64,000 bases of DNA from Acidobacteriota bacterium (lineage in GTDB: Bacteria > Acidobacteriota > UBA6911 > RPQK01 > JAJDTT01), in contig OZ253580.1 of the NCBI GenBank assembly GCA_965263035.1, positions 5,280,001-5,344,000 on the forward strand, read 5' to 3'. This document shows, piece by piece, positions 18,757 to 30,158 of the stretch; within the stretch, counting starts at the first letter, position 1, and each line of letters opens with the position of its first letter. Under the pieces are notes generated by a model, which was not told where the DNA came from, did no database searches, and saw nothing but the letters and a program-made list of their open reading frames with translations. Position numbers and translations under genes: made by a program.

Positions 18757-19686
18757 CTACGCGTTGGGCCACTGTCTCATGTCCAGAAGCCGCCGGGGAA
18801 GGTCGGTAAACGCTCGGTCGATCCGATTCATGGTGTCCCGAGTCAGCTCCCCCATACCGATCCAAGCCAGATTGTCCTCCAGTTGGGAAAGGGTCTCCAG
18901 ACCGGTCAGAACTCCGAGGACGCCGGGAAGGGAGGCAACATAGCGAAGGGCCAGGGACGCCAAGCCCTGGTCCCCGGCGATTCGGGCCAGTTCGCGGCGG
19001 ACGGGATGCAGTTCCTGAAGAAAATCGGGCAGGTCATCGTCGGACAGTCCCAGCACACCCTGCAGATAAACGCTACGGACGAACACGGCGATTCCTCGTC
19101 GCTTTGCCCGGGTCGGAATCTCGCATCGAAGGAAGCGCCGGTCCAGGATGTTGGTGGGAAGCTGGATCGCTTCGATTCCCTCCAGGGACAGCGCCTCCAA
19201 CGCCTGGTTCGGTTCGTAAACCGAAACCCCCACGTGTTCCACGTAACCCTTCTCCTTCAGGGCCAGTGCGGCGTCCAGGTATGGCAGGTCGTCGTAGCGG
19301 TGAAACAGGCAGAGGGGCAACCGGTCCAGTCCCAGGTTCCGCAGGGCCCGGACGATGCCCCGTTCCAGAAACCGGCCGGGATGTTCGTCCCGGGCCTGGT
19401 GGACCCATGGGAACTTGGTGATCACGAAGGCCCGGTCCCGCAGTCCCAGGTCCTTCAAGGCCCGTCCCAGGACCACCTCCGACTCGCCGTACAGAGCGGC
19501 CGTGTCCAGGGCGTTCACGCCACCCTCGAAGGCCCGTCCCAGGATCTTCAGGACCGCCTGGTAGGAAGGCTGGCCCACCTGGTTGGCAATGCCGTAGTCG
19601 AAGCCGAACTGGGCGGTTCCCAGGACCAGTTGGGAGATATCGTGTCCGTGAAACGTGACTGTCTTCATGGCGCCGGGTGGAGTCAT
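18757..19686 (-). CDS. aldo/keto reductase
   Basis: LVLGTAQFGFDYG, DTAALYGESE, GVSVY, VRSVYLQG; ATG at 19686 overlaps the corrected SSS stop (ATGA). Confidence 0.88.
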   Translation of the reverse strand: MTPPGAMKTVTFHGHDISQLVLGTAQFGFDYGIANQVGQPSYQAVLKILGRAFEGGVNALDTAALYGESEVVLGRALKDLGLRDRAFVITKFPWVHQARDEHPGRFLERGIVRALRNLGLDRLPLCLFHRYDDLPYLDAALALKEKGYVEHVGVSVYEPNQALEALSLEGIEAIQLPTNILDRRFLRCEIPTRAKRRGIAVFVRSVYLQGVLGLSDDDLPDFLQELHPVRRELARIAGDQGLASLALRYVASLPGVLGVLTGLETLSQLEDNLAWIGMGELTRDTMNRIDRAFTDLPRRLLDMRQWPNA

Positions 19687-21166
19687 CCTTCCTTCCGTTG
19701 GGTCTGAATGGTCAATCCTTGCAGATGACGGAGGGGCATTCGTGGAGTTGTGAGGCTTAGAAGATAACCCGAGAGGAGCGTGACGACGCTGCCCAACGGC
19801 GCGTACCAGAGGAAGCTCATGGAGGTCCACTGGGCCGCCGAGACCACGGCGGCAACCCCCAGGCTCCGATCAAGACTCCGGCAGGTGTGGTTCGCGTCGA
19901 GAGCATGCCGAGCATGAAGATGCCCAGGATACTTCCGCTGAAGAAGCCGGCCAGGGTCTTGGATGCCGACAGGATGTTGGGGAAATAGTTGACATAAAGC
20001 GCGAACACGGTTGCCATGCCGCCCCAGAACACGGTGAAGAGGCGTGACACGTTCAGATAGGTTTTCTCCTCGGCCTGGGTCTGGACGTAGCGCTGGTAGA
20101 GATCCTTCATGGTGGACGTGGACAGTGAGTTGATGGCCGAGTCGATGGTGGACATGGCCGCCGCGAACATGGCTGCGATGAAGACTCCCGAGACCCCTGG
20201 CGGGAGCTCGTGAATGACGAAGTGAGGGAGGACGGCGTCCCCCCGGAGTCCTTCGGCCATACGGGCCGGGAACTGCTGGTAGAATACATAGAGGGCGCCC
20301 CCCACGAAGAGGAGCAGCAGGGCGGCGGGCAGGACCATGACCGCGTTCAGAAGCATGGAATTGCGGCCGGCGCGAAGGGTCGGTGTGGTCAGGTACCGCT
20401 GCAGCGTCATCTGGTCCACGCCGTACATGGACAGGTGGATGAAGAAACCGTTGACGAGGACCGCCCAGAGCGTCACCTCCGCCCAGGTGCCCCAACTGGT
20501 TTCGACGTGGAAGGGTCCGTCTTGGGAGGCCACAGCCACGATTTCGCCCACTCCTCCGTCCACCCGCAGGATCAGCACCGCGGTCACCGTGATAAGTCCA
20601 CCGAACAGGACCGTGGCCTGGACCACGTCGGTCCAGATGACCGCCTTCATTCCACCGAGCAAGGTGTAGAGCGTCGCCAGTCCACCGATGATGAAGATGG
20701 TCCATTTCAACTCCAGTCCGGTGACGGTGGAGAGGACCAGGGAGGGTGCGTAGATGACGACGGCCAGATAGCTTCCCCGCATGAACAGGAAGAGCAGGCT
20801 GGACGCCAGGCGTACTGACGGATTGAAACGCCGTTCCAGATACTCGTAGGCGGTGAAGACTCGAAGCCGGTGGTAGAAGGGCAGGAACACCCAGATCACG
20901 ATGGGGGTGCAGATGGGAATGGTCACGAGAGTCAGGCCCAGGGTCAAGTCGTTGTCGTAGACCCAGCCGGGGCTGCCCAGCAGGCTGATGGCGGAGAAAA
21001 GGGTCGCGAAAATGGAGATGCCCACCGCGACCCATGGCATTCTCCGGCCGGCCAGGAAGTAGTCTTCGGTGTTTTTCTGGCCCCGGAAAAAGAAGGAGCC
21101 CATCCCCACGACCAGAACGATGTAGAAAATGAGGACGGCGTTGTCGAGAGCTGTGAATCCCTGCAC
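19683..21166 (-). CDS. sodium:solute symporter (sialic-acid/sugar type), frameshifted near 19862
   Basis: EDYFLAGR, TAYEYLERRF, GGMKAVIWTD, DQMTLQRYL, AAMSTIDS. The last TM (SFLWYAPLGSVVTLLSGYLLSL) lies in a different frame ending at 19683. Confidence 0.88.
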
Positions 21167-21508
21167 TCGGACCTCGAATCTGCGGTTCCCGGTCCAGACC
21201 GCGCAAGGCCTCCGGGTTCCGGAACAGCAGGCGAATCGTCAACGAACCGGACACCCCGGATCAACTGAACGATGCCGAACATAAAGAGCAGCCGGTGGGC
21301 TGTCAAGAATGGGTGAAGGAAGCGTCACGGCCGTGGGTACGGGGAACCGGGGAATTTCCAACCCCCGAATCTGCCGGTGCGCGGAACTTGGGACGTTTCC
21401 TTCAGAGTGGTGCGGCCGCCCGCAGGGTAAAGTTCGCTTTCTTGACCCGTTGCCGGGCCTGTGGTTGACTCGCAGACCGCCTGTCGAGCCCTGAAAGGAA
21501 GGTGTTTC

Positions 21509-22522
21509 TTGATCGGTCCTCCGGATTCGCGACCCTCCGCGGCATCCCAATCTCCCAGTGGTCCCGTCGAGTCGGACCTGACCTGGGACTACCTGAATCT
21601 GGGCCAGTACCGGAGACGAATTGCCACGGGCATGCCGCCCCTCATTATTTCTTGCGCGACCACCGGCAGCCATCAGAAGGCGGAAAATCCAGGCGTTCCC
21701 GTCACCGCGCGGGAACAGGCCGGGACGGCGCCCCTTGTGGCCTCCGCCGGGGCCCAGATCATCCACATCCACGGCCGCGAACCCGACGATCCGACGCGGG
21801 AAACCGACCGGGCCGAGCGCTATCTGGAGATCAACGCGCTGATCCGTGCCCACGAGCCGGACATCATCATCGACAACACGCAGGCGGCCACACCCATCGA
21901 GTCCACGGACGACGAGCTGGGCGGTACGGTCTACCGCTACGAATCGTTGCCTTTGGAGGCCCGTCCCGAGATCATGGCCCTCAATCCGGGTCCCATGACC
22001 TTCCGGGGGAAGGGAAGCTCCCCCAGCGTGGTCCTGGCGACCACCTTCGATCACACTGAGCGGGCGGCCCACGCTCTGAGGGAGCGGGGAATCAAGCCCC
22101 AGGTCTTCATCTACCATCCGGGTCATCTGGATCTGCTGGAGCATCTGATCTCGCGAGACGCGCTGGAAGAACCCTACTTCGTCCAGTTGGTCTTCGGTCA
22201 ACAGAGCGGCATCGGGACCAGTCCCGACAACGTCCTCTCCATGGTCCGGAACCTCCCGCCGGGCTGCATCTTCCAGACCTGCGCCCTGGGGCTGGAGGCG
22301 GTCCAGGTCAATACCCTGGCCATCCTGCTGGGAGGGCACGTCCGAACCGGAATGGAGGACTGCATCGACTACCAGCGGGAGGAACCGGCCCGGGACAATG
22401 CCCAACTGGTCCGGAGGGTGGCTCGAATTGCCCGGGACCTGGGCCGCCGGGTGGCCACGATCCAGGAAGCCCGGCAGATGTTGGGACTGGGTCCACCCAG
22501 CCAATATCCTTCTTCCGACTGA
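21509..22522 (+). CDS. beta-keto acid cleavage enzyme (BKACE/Kce, DUF849)
   Basis: LIISCATTG, GAQIIHIHGR, GHVRTGMED, DNAQLV; TTG start with AAGGAAGG RBS (alternative ATG 21632). Confidence 0.88.
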   Translation: MIGPPDSRPSAASQSPSGPVESDLTWDYLNLGQYRRRIATGMPPLIISCATTGSHQKAENPGVPVTAREQAGTAPLVASAGAQIIHIHGREPDDPTRETDRAERYLEINALIRAHEPDIIIDNTQAATPIESTDDELGGTVYRYESLPLEARPEIMALNPGPMTFRGKGSSPSVVLATTFDHTERAAHALRERGIKPQVFIYHPGHLDLLEHLISRDALEEPYFVQLVFGQQSGIGTSPDNVLSMVRNLPPGCIFQTCALGLEAVQVNTLAILLGGHVRTGMEDCIDYQREEPARDNAQLVRRVARIARDLGRRVATIQEARQMLGLGPPSQYPSSD

Positions 22523-22527
22523 AGCAG

Positions 22528-23763
22528 GTGGATCTCATGTCCGACTCTTTGCTCATCCGCAACGCCCGGATCGTCGACGTTTCCAACGGATCCATCGAGG
22601 TGGACCGTTCGGTTCTGGTTCGCGGAGACCGGATCGAGGCGAGCGGGCGGTTCCCGGGCTGGAGCGGCGCCTCATTGGACGCCGTCGGACGGTACCTGTG
22701 TCCCGGCCTCATCGACTGCCACGTCCATTTCTTCCTGGACGCGGGGCCGGATCCCAGAGGCTCGTACCTTCAGAGCGATGATTCCAAGCGGATGGCCACG
22801 GCCGAGGAGAATGCCCGGCTGGCGATCCAGGCCGGGATCACCACCATGCGCGATATGGCCGCGCCGGGACACCTCATGGTCCGGTTCCAGCGCCAGGTGG
22901 ACGCCGGCGAGGTCCCAGGCCCCCATATCATCAGCTGCGGCTATGCGCTCATGCGTCCGAAGGGTCATTGCCATTTCCTGGGGGGCGAGGTGGCCTCGGT
23001 CCGGGAATTGTGTGAACGAATCGAGTGGAACCTGAACCACGGGGCGGGATTCGTGAAACTCATGGCCTCGGGAGGCGGCCTCACGCCGGGAACCATCCCC
23101 CACGAAGCCGATCTGCCTTTAGAGATCATGGAGGCCGCGGTTCGGGAGGCTCACGCCAACGGGGTCCAGATCACGGCGCATTGCCACGCCACCGACAGCA
23201 TTCGGCGGGGCATCCAGGTGGGGCTCGACATGATCGAGCACGCCAGCTTCGTGGAGTCGCCGGGACGATACCGGTACGACGAGGGACTGACGCGTCAGAT
23301 TCGGGACGCGGGCATCATCGTGAGCCCGACCGTCTACTCGGCGCTTCAGACCGCGCGGTGCTTCCGGGCGGCAGGGGCGGCGCACAACCCCGGAGACGTG
23401 GCTGCGGTCGAGCGACTGGAGGGGCGCTTGATCAACACGGGACACTTCCGCCGTCTGGGGATGAAGATCATCGGAGGGACCGACTGCGGAGCGACGAACA
23501 CGCCGTTTGACAGCCTGGTGGACGAGTTGGACAGCTACACTGAGGCCGGCCTCACCCGTCACGAGGCCCTCCGCACCGTCACCGACCTGGGCGCCTCCTA
23601 CCTCGGACTCTCCCACGTAGGCCAGGTCAAGCCCGGACACCGGGCCGACCTGACGTTGCTGGAAGGGAACCCCCTGGAGGATCTTGAAGTGCTGCGGCGG
23701 CCTCTCCAGGTCTACAAGTCGGGGCGTCTCGTCCTCGAACGGAACGGCGGAGGCGCGGCCTGA
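22528..23763 (+). CDS. metal-dependent amidohydrolase
   Basis: PGLIDCHVH, VKLMASGG, AHCH, IEH, GTDCG, ADL. Confidence 0.9.
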   Translation: MDLMSDSLLIRNARIVDVSNGSIEVDRSVLVRGDRIEASGRFPGWSGASLDAVGRYLCPGLIDCHVHFFLDAGPDPRGSYLQSDDSKRMATAEENARLAIQAGITTMRDMAAPGHLMVRFQRQVDAGEVPGPHIISCGYALMRPKGHCHFLGGEVASVRELCERIEWNLNHGAGFVKLMASGGGLTPGTIPHEADLPLEIMEAAVREAHANGVQITAHCHATDSIRRGIQVGLDMIEHASFVESPGRYRYDEGLTRQIRDAGIIVSPTVYSALQTARCFRAAGAAHNPGDVAAVERLEGRLINTGHFRRLGMKIIGGTDCGATNTPFDSLVDELDSYTEAGLTRHEALRTVTDLGASYLGLSHVGQVKPGHRADLTLLEGNPLEDLEVLRRPLQVYKSGRLVLERNGGGAA

Positions 23764-24833
23764 TGGGCCGGGCAGGGAACTCCACTCTCTACGTCGTCGA
23801 ACTGAGGGGAAACAGCCGGCAGCGGGGGCTCCAACACGGCCGCCAGTTGAAGGATCCGATCCAGACGGCGGTGGACTTCTATCGTCACTTCTTCCGGGAA
23901 CATCTGGGCATGAGTGCCGAGGGCATGGCCCGCCGCGCCTCGGCGTTCCTGGGCCCCACCGCACAGCTCAATCCGCTCCTGATGAAGGAGTACGAGGGAA
24001 TCGCCGAAGGGTCTGGCCAGCGGCTTGAGGACATCCTGGCCCTGACGGCGCGCTACGAGATCACCTTCGAGCAGGTCGCCCTGGGAGACTGCTCCAATCT
24101 GTTCGTGGGTCCCGGCCGTTCGCGAAATGGAAGCACGCTGCTGGGGCAGAGCTGGGATTGGCGGCCCGAGGTGATGGACTTCCGGGCCGTCCTGATCTCC
24201 CGTTGCGACGACCAGCCGGATCACGTCATGGTGACCGAATGCGGTCAGCCCGGAAAATACGGCTTTAATCAAGACGGCGTTGGGGTCGTTTCGGCCGGTC
24301 TACGCTGCCGGGAGAAGGCTTCCACGGGCCGGCAGCTCTTCACCGTACTGGGAAGAACCATCCTGGCTCAGTCGGGTTTTGACGAGGCCTGCCGAATCCT
24401 GGAAGAGAATGCGCCGCTCGCTACGGTAACCATCCTGGTGGCCGACGAGCAGGGCAGGTCGGCGGATTTCGAAGCGACGCCCGAAGGCGTCGGCCGCCAT
24501 GATCTGCGGACCGATGAGATCTACTGGCACACGAATCACTGCCGGCACGTCGCGGAGCCCAACCACTTCGAGAACAGCCGGGTGCGTGGTCTGCGCTGGG
24601 AGAGACTGACCGGGACTCAGGAGCCCGTGGGATCCGAGACCGTTCAGGGTTGGCTGGCCGACCGGAACGACGGAGGGAACTCCATCAGCCAGCATGCCGA
24701 TCCCGCCCAGGCCCATACGGCCAGTTGGCTTCAGACCCTCTGCTCCATCGTCATGGACCTGAACCAGCGGCAGCTCTGGGTCAGCGATGGACCCGCCTCA
24801 ATGAATTCCTACCGCGAGATAAGGCTTGATTGA
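23763..24833 (+). CDS. C45 family autoproteolytic acyltransferase/Ntn hydrolase
   Basis: RGLQHG, D-C-S nucleophile site, GQSWDW, GFNQDG, HTNH. Confidence 0.85.
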   Translation: MGRAGNSTLYVVELRGNSRQRGLQHGRQLKDPIQTAVDFYRHFFREHLGMSAEGMARRASAFLGPTAQLNPLLMKEYEGIAEGSGQRLEDILALTARYEITFEQVALGDCSNLFVGPGRSRNGSTLLGQSWDWRPEVMDFRAVLISRCDDQPDHVMVTECGQPGKYGFNQDGVGVVSAGLRCREKASTGRQLFTVLGRTILAQSGFDEACRILEENAPLATVTILVADEQGRSADFEATPEGVGRHDLRTDEIYWHTNHCRHVAEPNHFENSRVRGLRWERLTGTQEPVGSETVQGWLADRNDGGNSISQHADPAQAHTASWLQTLCSIVMDLNQRQLWVSDGPASMNSYREIRLD

Positions 24834-24990
24834 GACGCCATGGTATCTGGAGTCGTCAGAAATTGAGCTCGATATGACCGCAGGAGCCACCGACCGTGGA
24901 TATTTTCACGAGCTGCATGACAATATTTCGGCAGACGGCAGATCCCAGTTTTGGCAGGTCGCCGGACTGCCATCTCCGCAAGAGATCCCC

Positions 24991-25377
24991 TCACGTTGCA
25001 ATTCTCAGTTCCGTGTGGCGCGCCAGCACGTCGAAATCGGAATCGTTGTGGAGAACCGGCGCACCGGCCCGAATTGCCACGGCGCCAATCAGGCAATCGA
25101 TCAACTTGCGCACCGTCCCGCCTCCTTGGCGACAGATTCTGTATAGCGTGGCCGCGTCGTCGTAGTGTGTGGGATCGGTCGGAAAGACGGTTGCCCTCGC
25201 CAACAGGCGACGGAGATCATGTAGGTGCTTTTCATTGCGTGCACCGGCAAGCACTTCCATTCGAATCGCATCGCAGATGGCGATCTCTTCGCCGAGTAGG
25301 GTGTGGACGCGAATGCAGGTGGCCGAGCCACTGCCTCGAAGGAATTCGACCCACGCTGAGGTATCGACCAGAATCAT
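24991..25377 (-). CDS. vapC: VapC PIN-domain toxin
   Basis: ILVDTSAWVEFLR, EVLAGAR, IDCLI, HNDSDF. Confidence 0.93.
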   Translation of the reverse strand: MILVDTSAWVEFLRGSGSATCIRVHTLLGEEIAICDAIRMEVLAGARNEKHLHDLRRLLARATVFPTDPTHYDDAATLYRICRQGGGTVRKLIDCLIGAVAIRAGAPVLHNDSDFDVLARHTELRIAT

Positions 25378-25577
25378 TTCGCGCGGCCCGTGCGCATCTC
25401 TTCGAGGTCACCCTCCCAACCCGAACCACGAAGACGTCGGGCCTCATCTACGCTCAGGGGCTCTGCCGCAAGGGACCGGAGTGCGAAATTGATTGCCTCG
25501 CGCTTTGTCCTCAGATGGTAACGGCGCATGACCTCCGCGCATGCCATGTCGTCAATGTTTACGTTGGTACGTGACAT
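25374..25577 (-). CDS. vapB: VapB antitoxin (DUF2191-like)
   Basis: MSRTNVNIDD...TKREAINFALR...GWEGDLEEMR; ATGA overlap with vapC. Confidence 0.9.
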   Translation of the reverse strand: MSRTNVNIDDMACAEVMRRYHLRTKREAINFALRSLAAEPLSVDEARRLRGSGWEGDLEEMRTGRAK

Positions 25578-25624
25578 ACACCTATCATACACCATATGGG
25601 TTTCCTGGCCAGGGCTCGTGTTGC

Positions 25625-25974
25625 GATGAATTTCCGGGCTTTGACCGGCAACAGGCGGTCGCCGCCCATCGATTGGATCCAGAACGTTGTCGTCGACGAA
25701 CGTCAGGCTCGATTGAAACCGTGGACCTCGGATTCCGCGATCGCCCGTTTGTGTTCCAGCCAATCGGGCTCTCGTTTCCCTCTTCCCGAGCATCGAACTC
25801 GTCGTTGAACCGCCGGAGGTCGTCGAGCGTGAAACCTCCCGACCTGGTTGCATCCGCCAGCTTCCCCTCCGCGGCTTCCCTCAACCTAGCGCCGAGGGAC
25901 TTTTTCTCCCGCCGCGCCTGATTCTGGTAGTGAGCCTTTTCGGACTCCGTCACAAAACGATGAATGTGTGTCAT
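25625..25974 (-). pseudogene. decayed antitoxin (frameshifted) plus PIN toxin 5' remnant
   Basis: MTHIHRFVTESEK...QARREKKSLGARLREAA, then a shift to REPDWLEHKRAIAES..stop at 25703; followed by a TFVDDNVL PIN-like start that degenerates. Confidence 0.5.
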
Positions 25975-26802
25975 GATTCTCTTGATTCCACTAAAAATTA
26001 CGGCAAAAATGCCCCATAGTTGCGCTAGCCGATGAGGGCTCCCGAACCTGATAGAGGGACGTCCCTCCTGAATTTGTCGGCTGAAGCGGTCTCCGCGCAC
26101 AACGTAAAAAGGTGCCGTAAAGCTGTTATACTCGCTCCTTAAGCGGGTCGGATCGTTATCGGAATGAGTGGGTTACAGACAGGGAACTCGTCGCGGCGAG
26201 GCGAGGCCGGAAGCTATTGGCCAAGCCGGTCATTAGGTGTCGTTCTCTGGTTCGTAACGGCGGTTGTGCCGCCCGCTTTTCTCCTACCCTTGGCGGCTCA
26301 AAGTGAACCCGTCGCCGATTTCGAGACCCACATTGCTCCCCTCTTCGAAGCCAATTGCCGGTCCTGCCACGGGCCGTCACAGCCGCAAGGCGAGCTGGAT
26401 CTTTCAAGCCACGAAAGCACCCTGCAGGGCGGGAAATCCGGTCCTGTGCTGGTGCCGGGCTCACCCTTGGAGAGTCTGCTTCTGGAGAAGCTGCATTCCG
26501 GCGCCATGCCTCTGGGAGCCGATCGGCTGAGTGACGATCAGATCAACTTGGTCCGGCGCTGGATCGAAGCCGGTGCGCGCCGCGCGGAGGAGGAGGCCGA
26601 AACTGCCGCCGTCGCGTCTGCCGCAGTCGTCGCCGGACCCGAAACGGTGACCACCATTCTCAACGTCAAGTGCCTTCTCTGCCACGGCCGCCGCAACCAG
26701 GAGGGCGGCCTGGATCTGCAGACCCGAGCGAGTCTGCTTGAAGGCGGCGTCTCGGGACCCGGTATCGTTCCCGGAAAACCGGATGAGAGCCTGCTCATTC
26801 AA

Positions 26803-28798
26803 CCCAGATTATTCATGGGACATGTTGATAAGGGCTTCCAACCCGGCGTTTTCGTGCGGTCGCAGCCCGGTTTCTCTTGAAGCTCTGTCGATTCGACTGA
26901 ATCGGCTCGAAAACAGGACGATTGAACCAGTCATAAACCGTTTTCCGGCCAGGGGGACCGTCACCCGCCGACAGATTGACTCTCCGGTGAGAAATCCCCA
27001 CCGTTTCGGTCCCTTCCACGGGCCCGATTCCTCCTCCGTCCGCTATCCCGGCGCCCAGGACACCCGCGCCAGTCTCTTCCACAACCGCTTCCAGTCCGTC
27101 GCCCCTTGACTGATGACGAAAATCAATCGCCTCCCCTGGCGCAGCGCCCGAGACGCCACTCGCAACATCCGCTCGCGAAAACGACGCAGACTCCAGCCCC
27201 GACGCGTCGCCTGCTCCATCAGCACCCGACCCAGGTGCAGGATCTCGTACCCCAGCAGATTCAGCAGGAACAAGACTTCGTTGTGGGGTCGAACGCCGGC
27301 CTCCGTCGTCGCTTCCGGCTTCGCTCCCGGCTTCAGCGGCTTCCCCCGGTAGTGCGTCTTGGGCCGGCTCGCGGAGGACAAGGCCGGATCGAGCACGTCC
27401 ATCAACTCCCCCATGTGCCCTTCCGCCTTCCCCCGCTTTCGATACTGTGTCAGCAGCGCTTCCGCCTCATAACGCTTCCGGCTCAGGCTCGTCAGCAACC
27501 AGAAATGATCCGGATACAACTCCCCCGGTCGCTCCCGCACCACCAGCACCACCCGGCGCGCCCGATCCCACGTCCCCGCCTGGTAGGTCAGCTCATGGAA
27601 CCAGAGCTTCGGTGGTGCATCCGGGGATCGCCCCGCCGGCTGGGTCAAGTAGGGCTTCGCCATCCGGTTCAGGACCTCATTCTTGCGGATTCGAGCGATA
27701 TAGGGCACGCTTCTCGACTCCAGCCCCTTCAGCAGCCCCGGCTCCGGGAACCCCGCATCCATCCGCACGATCATCGAGCCGCACAGACGCCCCCGACAGC
27801 GGTCCACCACCCGCAGCGTCAACTTCAGCGCCTTTTTCCCCAGGTAGCTGGCTCCCGGAAAAATCTCCCCGTCGATCAGGTCCCCCGTCTCGGCACAACT
27901 CGCCACCAACCCGTGGTACATCCGCTGGCGATAGTATCCGTTCCATTCGCTTCCCGGGGGATGCCCATGGACCTCGACCGGGAGACCGTCCACGTCCAGG
28001 TACATCGTCTTTTTCCGTCTCTTCTTCCGTGGGGTCTTTTTCCCCCGTTTTCGCCGCCGGCCTTCGATCATCTCGATCCGACGGCACGCCAGCTCCGTCA
28101 CCGCCTGGTGCAGGACCGAAAGGTTCTCCTCCCGGCTGAGCGTGTCCAGCAGTCGGGACAAGGTCGGCTGCGATGCCAGCCCCTGGCCCTCCTCCAAGGC
28201 CGCCGTGCCCCGACGGGTCTGGCTCGCCACCCGCAAGCTCGGATCCTGACGCAGGCGGTCGGCGTCGGACTGGTCGCGCCAGCCCTGACCCAGCAGCAGG
28301 AGTCGAGTCCGCAGCAGATCCGACAGCGGATAGCGGATCGAACTCGGGTGTCGCGGATCGTGCAACCGCTCGGTCAACCAGTCGATGAGGCCGCTGCGCT
28401 CCATCAGCTCCCGTTGCACCAGGGCTCCCGTGTCCGCACTGAGCAACTCGGGGCGGGTCTCGAGGCGGAGGGATCGGTTGAATGAGGGCCGGATCTGCGG
28501 TATCGTCTCAGGCATGGCGTGCTCCGTTTATTGTGGTTGTTTCTTAGCACTATAATCATACCACAAATGACGGGCACGCCGTCTCTTTATGCCGCCCTTG
28601 GAGGGGACGAAAACCGTGGAAATGCTTGGGTTTCGGCCCCACTTGAATCCTGGGGTTAAACCGACGTTGAAAACAAATATAGCGTTTCACCCAGGTCGGG
28701 TCTCAGCCGTTTTCTGTGGGTATCCGGTAACCCTCTGATCCGACTCGACATGACGGGCACGCTTGCTCATTTTATGTTTGCGTGGTGAATAATCTGGG
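26803..28798 (-). mobile_element. IS1380-family insertion sequence (1996 bp)
   Basis: TIRs CCCAGATTATTCA / TGAATAATCTGGG; 5-bp target duplication TTCAA at 26798-26802 and 28799-28803. Confidence 0.93.
27043..28515 (-). CDS. IS1380 family DDE transposase
   Basis: LSADTG, LASQPTLSR, LDVD, VRMDAGF, YRKRGKAE. Confidence 0.93.
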   Translation of the reverse strand: MPETIPQIRPSFNRSLRLETRPELLSADTGALVQRELMERSGLIDWLTERLHDPRHPSSIRYPLSDLLRTRLLLLGQGWRDQSDADRLRQDPSLRVASQTRRGTAALEEGQGLASQPTLSRLLDTLSREENLSVLHQAVTELACRRIEMIEGRRRKRGKKTPRKKRRKKTMYLDVDGLPVEVHGHPPGSEWNGYYRQRMYHGLVASCAETGDLIDGEIFPGASYLGKKALKLTLRVVDRCRGRLCGSMIVRMDAGFPEPGLLKGLESRSVPYIARIRKNEVLNRMAKPYLTQPAGRSPDAPPKLWFHELTYQAGTWDRARRVVLVVRERPGELYPDHFWLLTSLSRKRYEAEALLTQYRKRGKAEGHMGELMDVLDPALSSASRPKTHYRGKPLKPGAKPEATTEAGVRPHNEVLFLLNLLGYEILHLGRVLMEQATRRGWSLRRFRERMLRVASRALRQGRRLIFVISQGATDWKRLWKRLARVSWAPG

Positions 28799-30158
28799 TT
28801 CAACGGATCGAAAACTCGGACATGCCCCCCTTGAAGGACCAGGCCAGGCTCTCGGTACGCGCCGTGACCTCCTCCGAACTGGAACGCCTCCGAGCCTGGA
28901 TCGCCGCCGGAGCGCCTTACGACGAACGAAAGCCGGTGCCCTTCGCGGCTTCCAATGACCCACTCGTCAGCGACTCGGACCGCGATTTCTGGTCGTTTCG
29001 AACGCCTGTGCGGCCTCCGGTCCCGAAGGTCAACAGTCAGGATCGGCTGCGCACCCCCATCGACGCCTTCCTGCTGGAGAAGCTGGAAGAAAAGGGCCAC
29101 GCATTCTCGCCGGATGCTCCACCATTGACCCTGATGCGGCGGGCCTACTTCGACGTGATCGGACTGCCCCCGGGACCCGAGACGGTCCAAGCCTACGATG
29201 GCACCCCGGAAGCCTACGAGAAGTTGGTGGATGACCTCCTGGACTCTCCCGGATACGGTGAGTATTGGGGCCGCCGTTGGTTGGACGCCGCCGGGTATTC
29301 CGATTCGGAGGGACAGGTTTCGGCCGACGCCGTTCGCCCCAATGCCTGGCGCTACCGCGATTACGTCATTCGCTCCCTCAACGCCGACAAACCCTACGAC
29401 CGGTTCCTCGTGGAGCAGATCGCCGGCGACGAGCTGTTCGACTACAAGGCTGCGAAAGAGCTGGCCCCTGACCAGCGCGAGATGCTGGTGGCGACGGGAT
29501 TCATCCGCATGGGTCCGGACGGGACCTACAGCGTCTCTCAGGCCTTCGTCCCCGAGCGCCTGGAGGTGGTGGCGAGCCAGGTCGAGATCCTCAGCTCCTC
29601 GGTGATGGGGATTACCATGGCCTGCGCCCGCTGTCACGATCATAAGTACGATCCCATTCCCCAGCGAGACTACTATCGTTTCAGCGCCATCCTGCGCACG
29701 GCTTACGACCCCTACGATTGGCTCTCTCCCAGCGAGACTCCGGTGGGTCCGGAGGCGGATTGGAACGACAGCAACATGCGGGTGCTGTTGGGAGCGCCCG
29801 CGGAGGAGGTCCGGGAAGTCGAAGAGGCCAATGCCCCCGTTCTGCGTGAGGTCGAGGAAATCGAGAAAGCCTTCGAGGAGAAGGCGAACGTTCTGCGCAA
29901 GAAGCTCTTGAAGGAGAAGAGAGTCGCAATCCCGGAATTGATCCGGGAAGAGGTCATGGCGGCGGAACAGACAGCCGTTCCGGAACGGACTCCGGTGCAG
30001 GAATACCTGGTAGAGCGCTTCCAGGACCAGTTGCGCATCCTCCCGGAGGAACTGGAGAAGCGGTTCCCATCGTTCCAGAAGGTGGCCAAGGAGAAGAGGG
30101 ACGCCGTCCAGAAGGTCAAGAAGCGGCTCAAGGGGAATCCCCGGCTCCGAGCCCTGTT

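Noticed and set aside
28567-28763. ATGACGGGCACGC direct repeat (28567 and 28750)
   Set aside because: Two copies inside the IS1380 non-coding end; not a CRISPR-like array.
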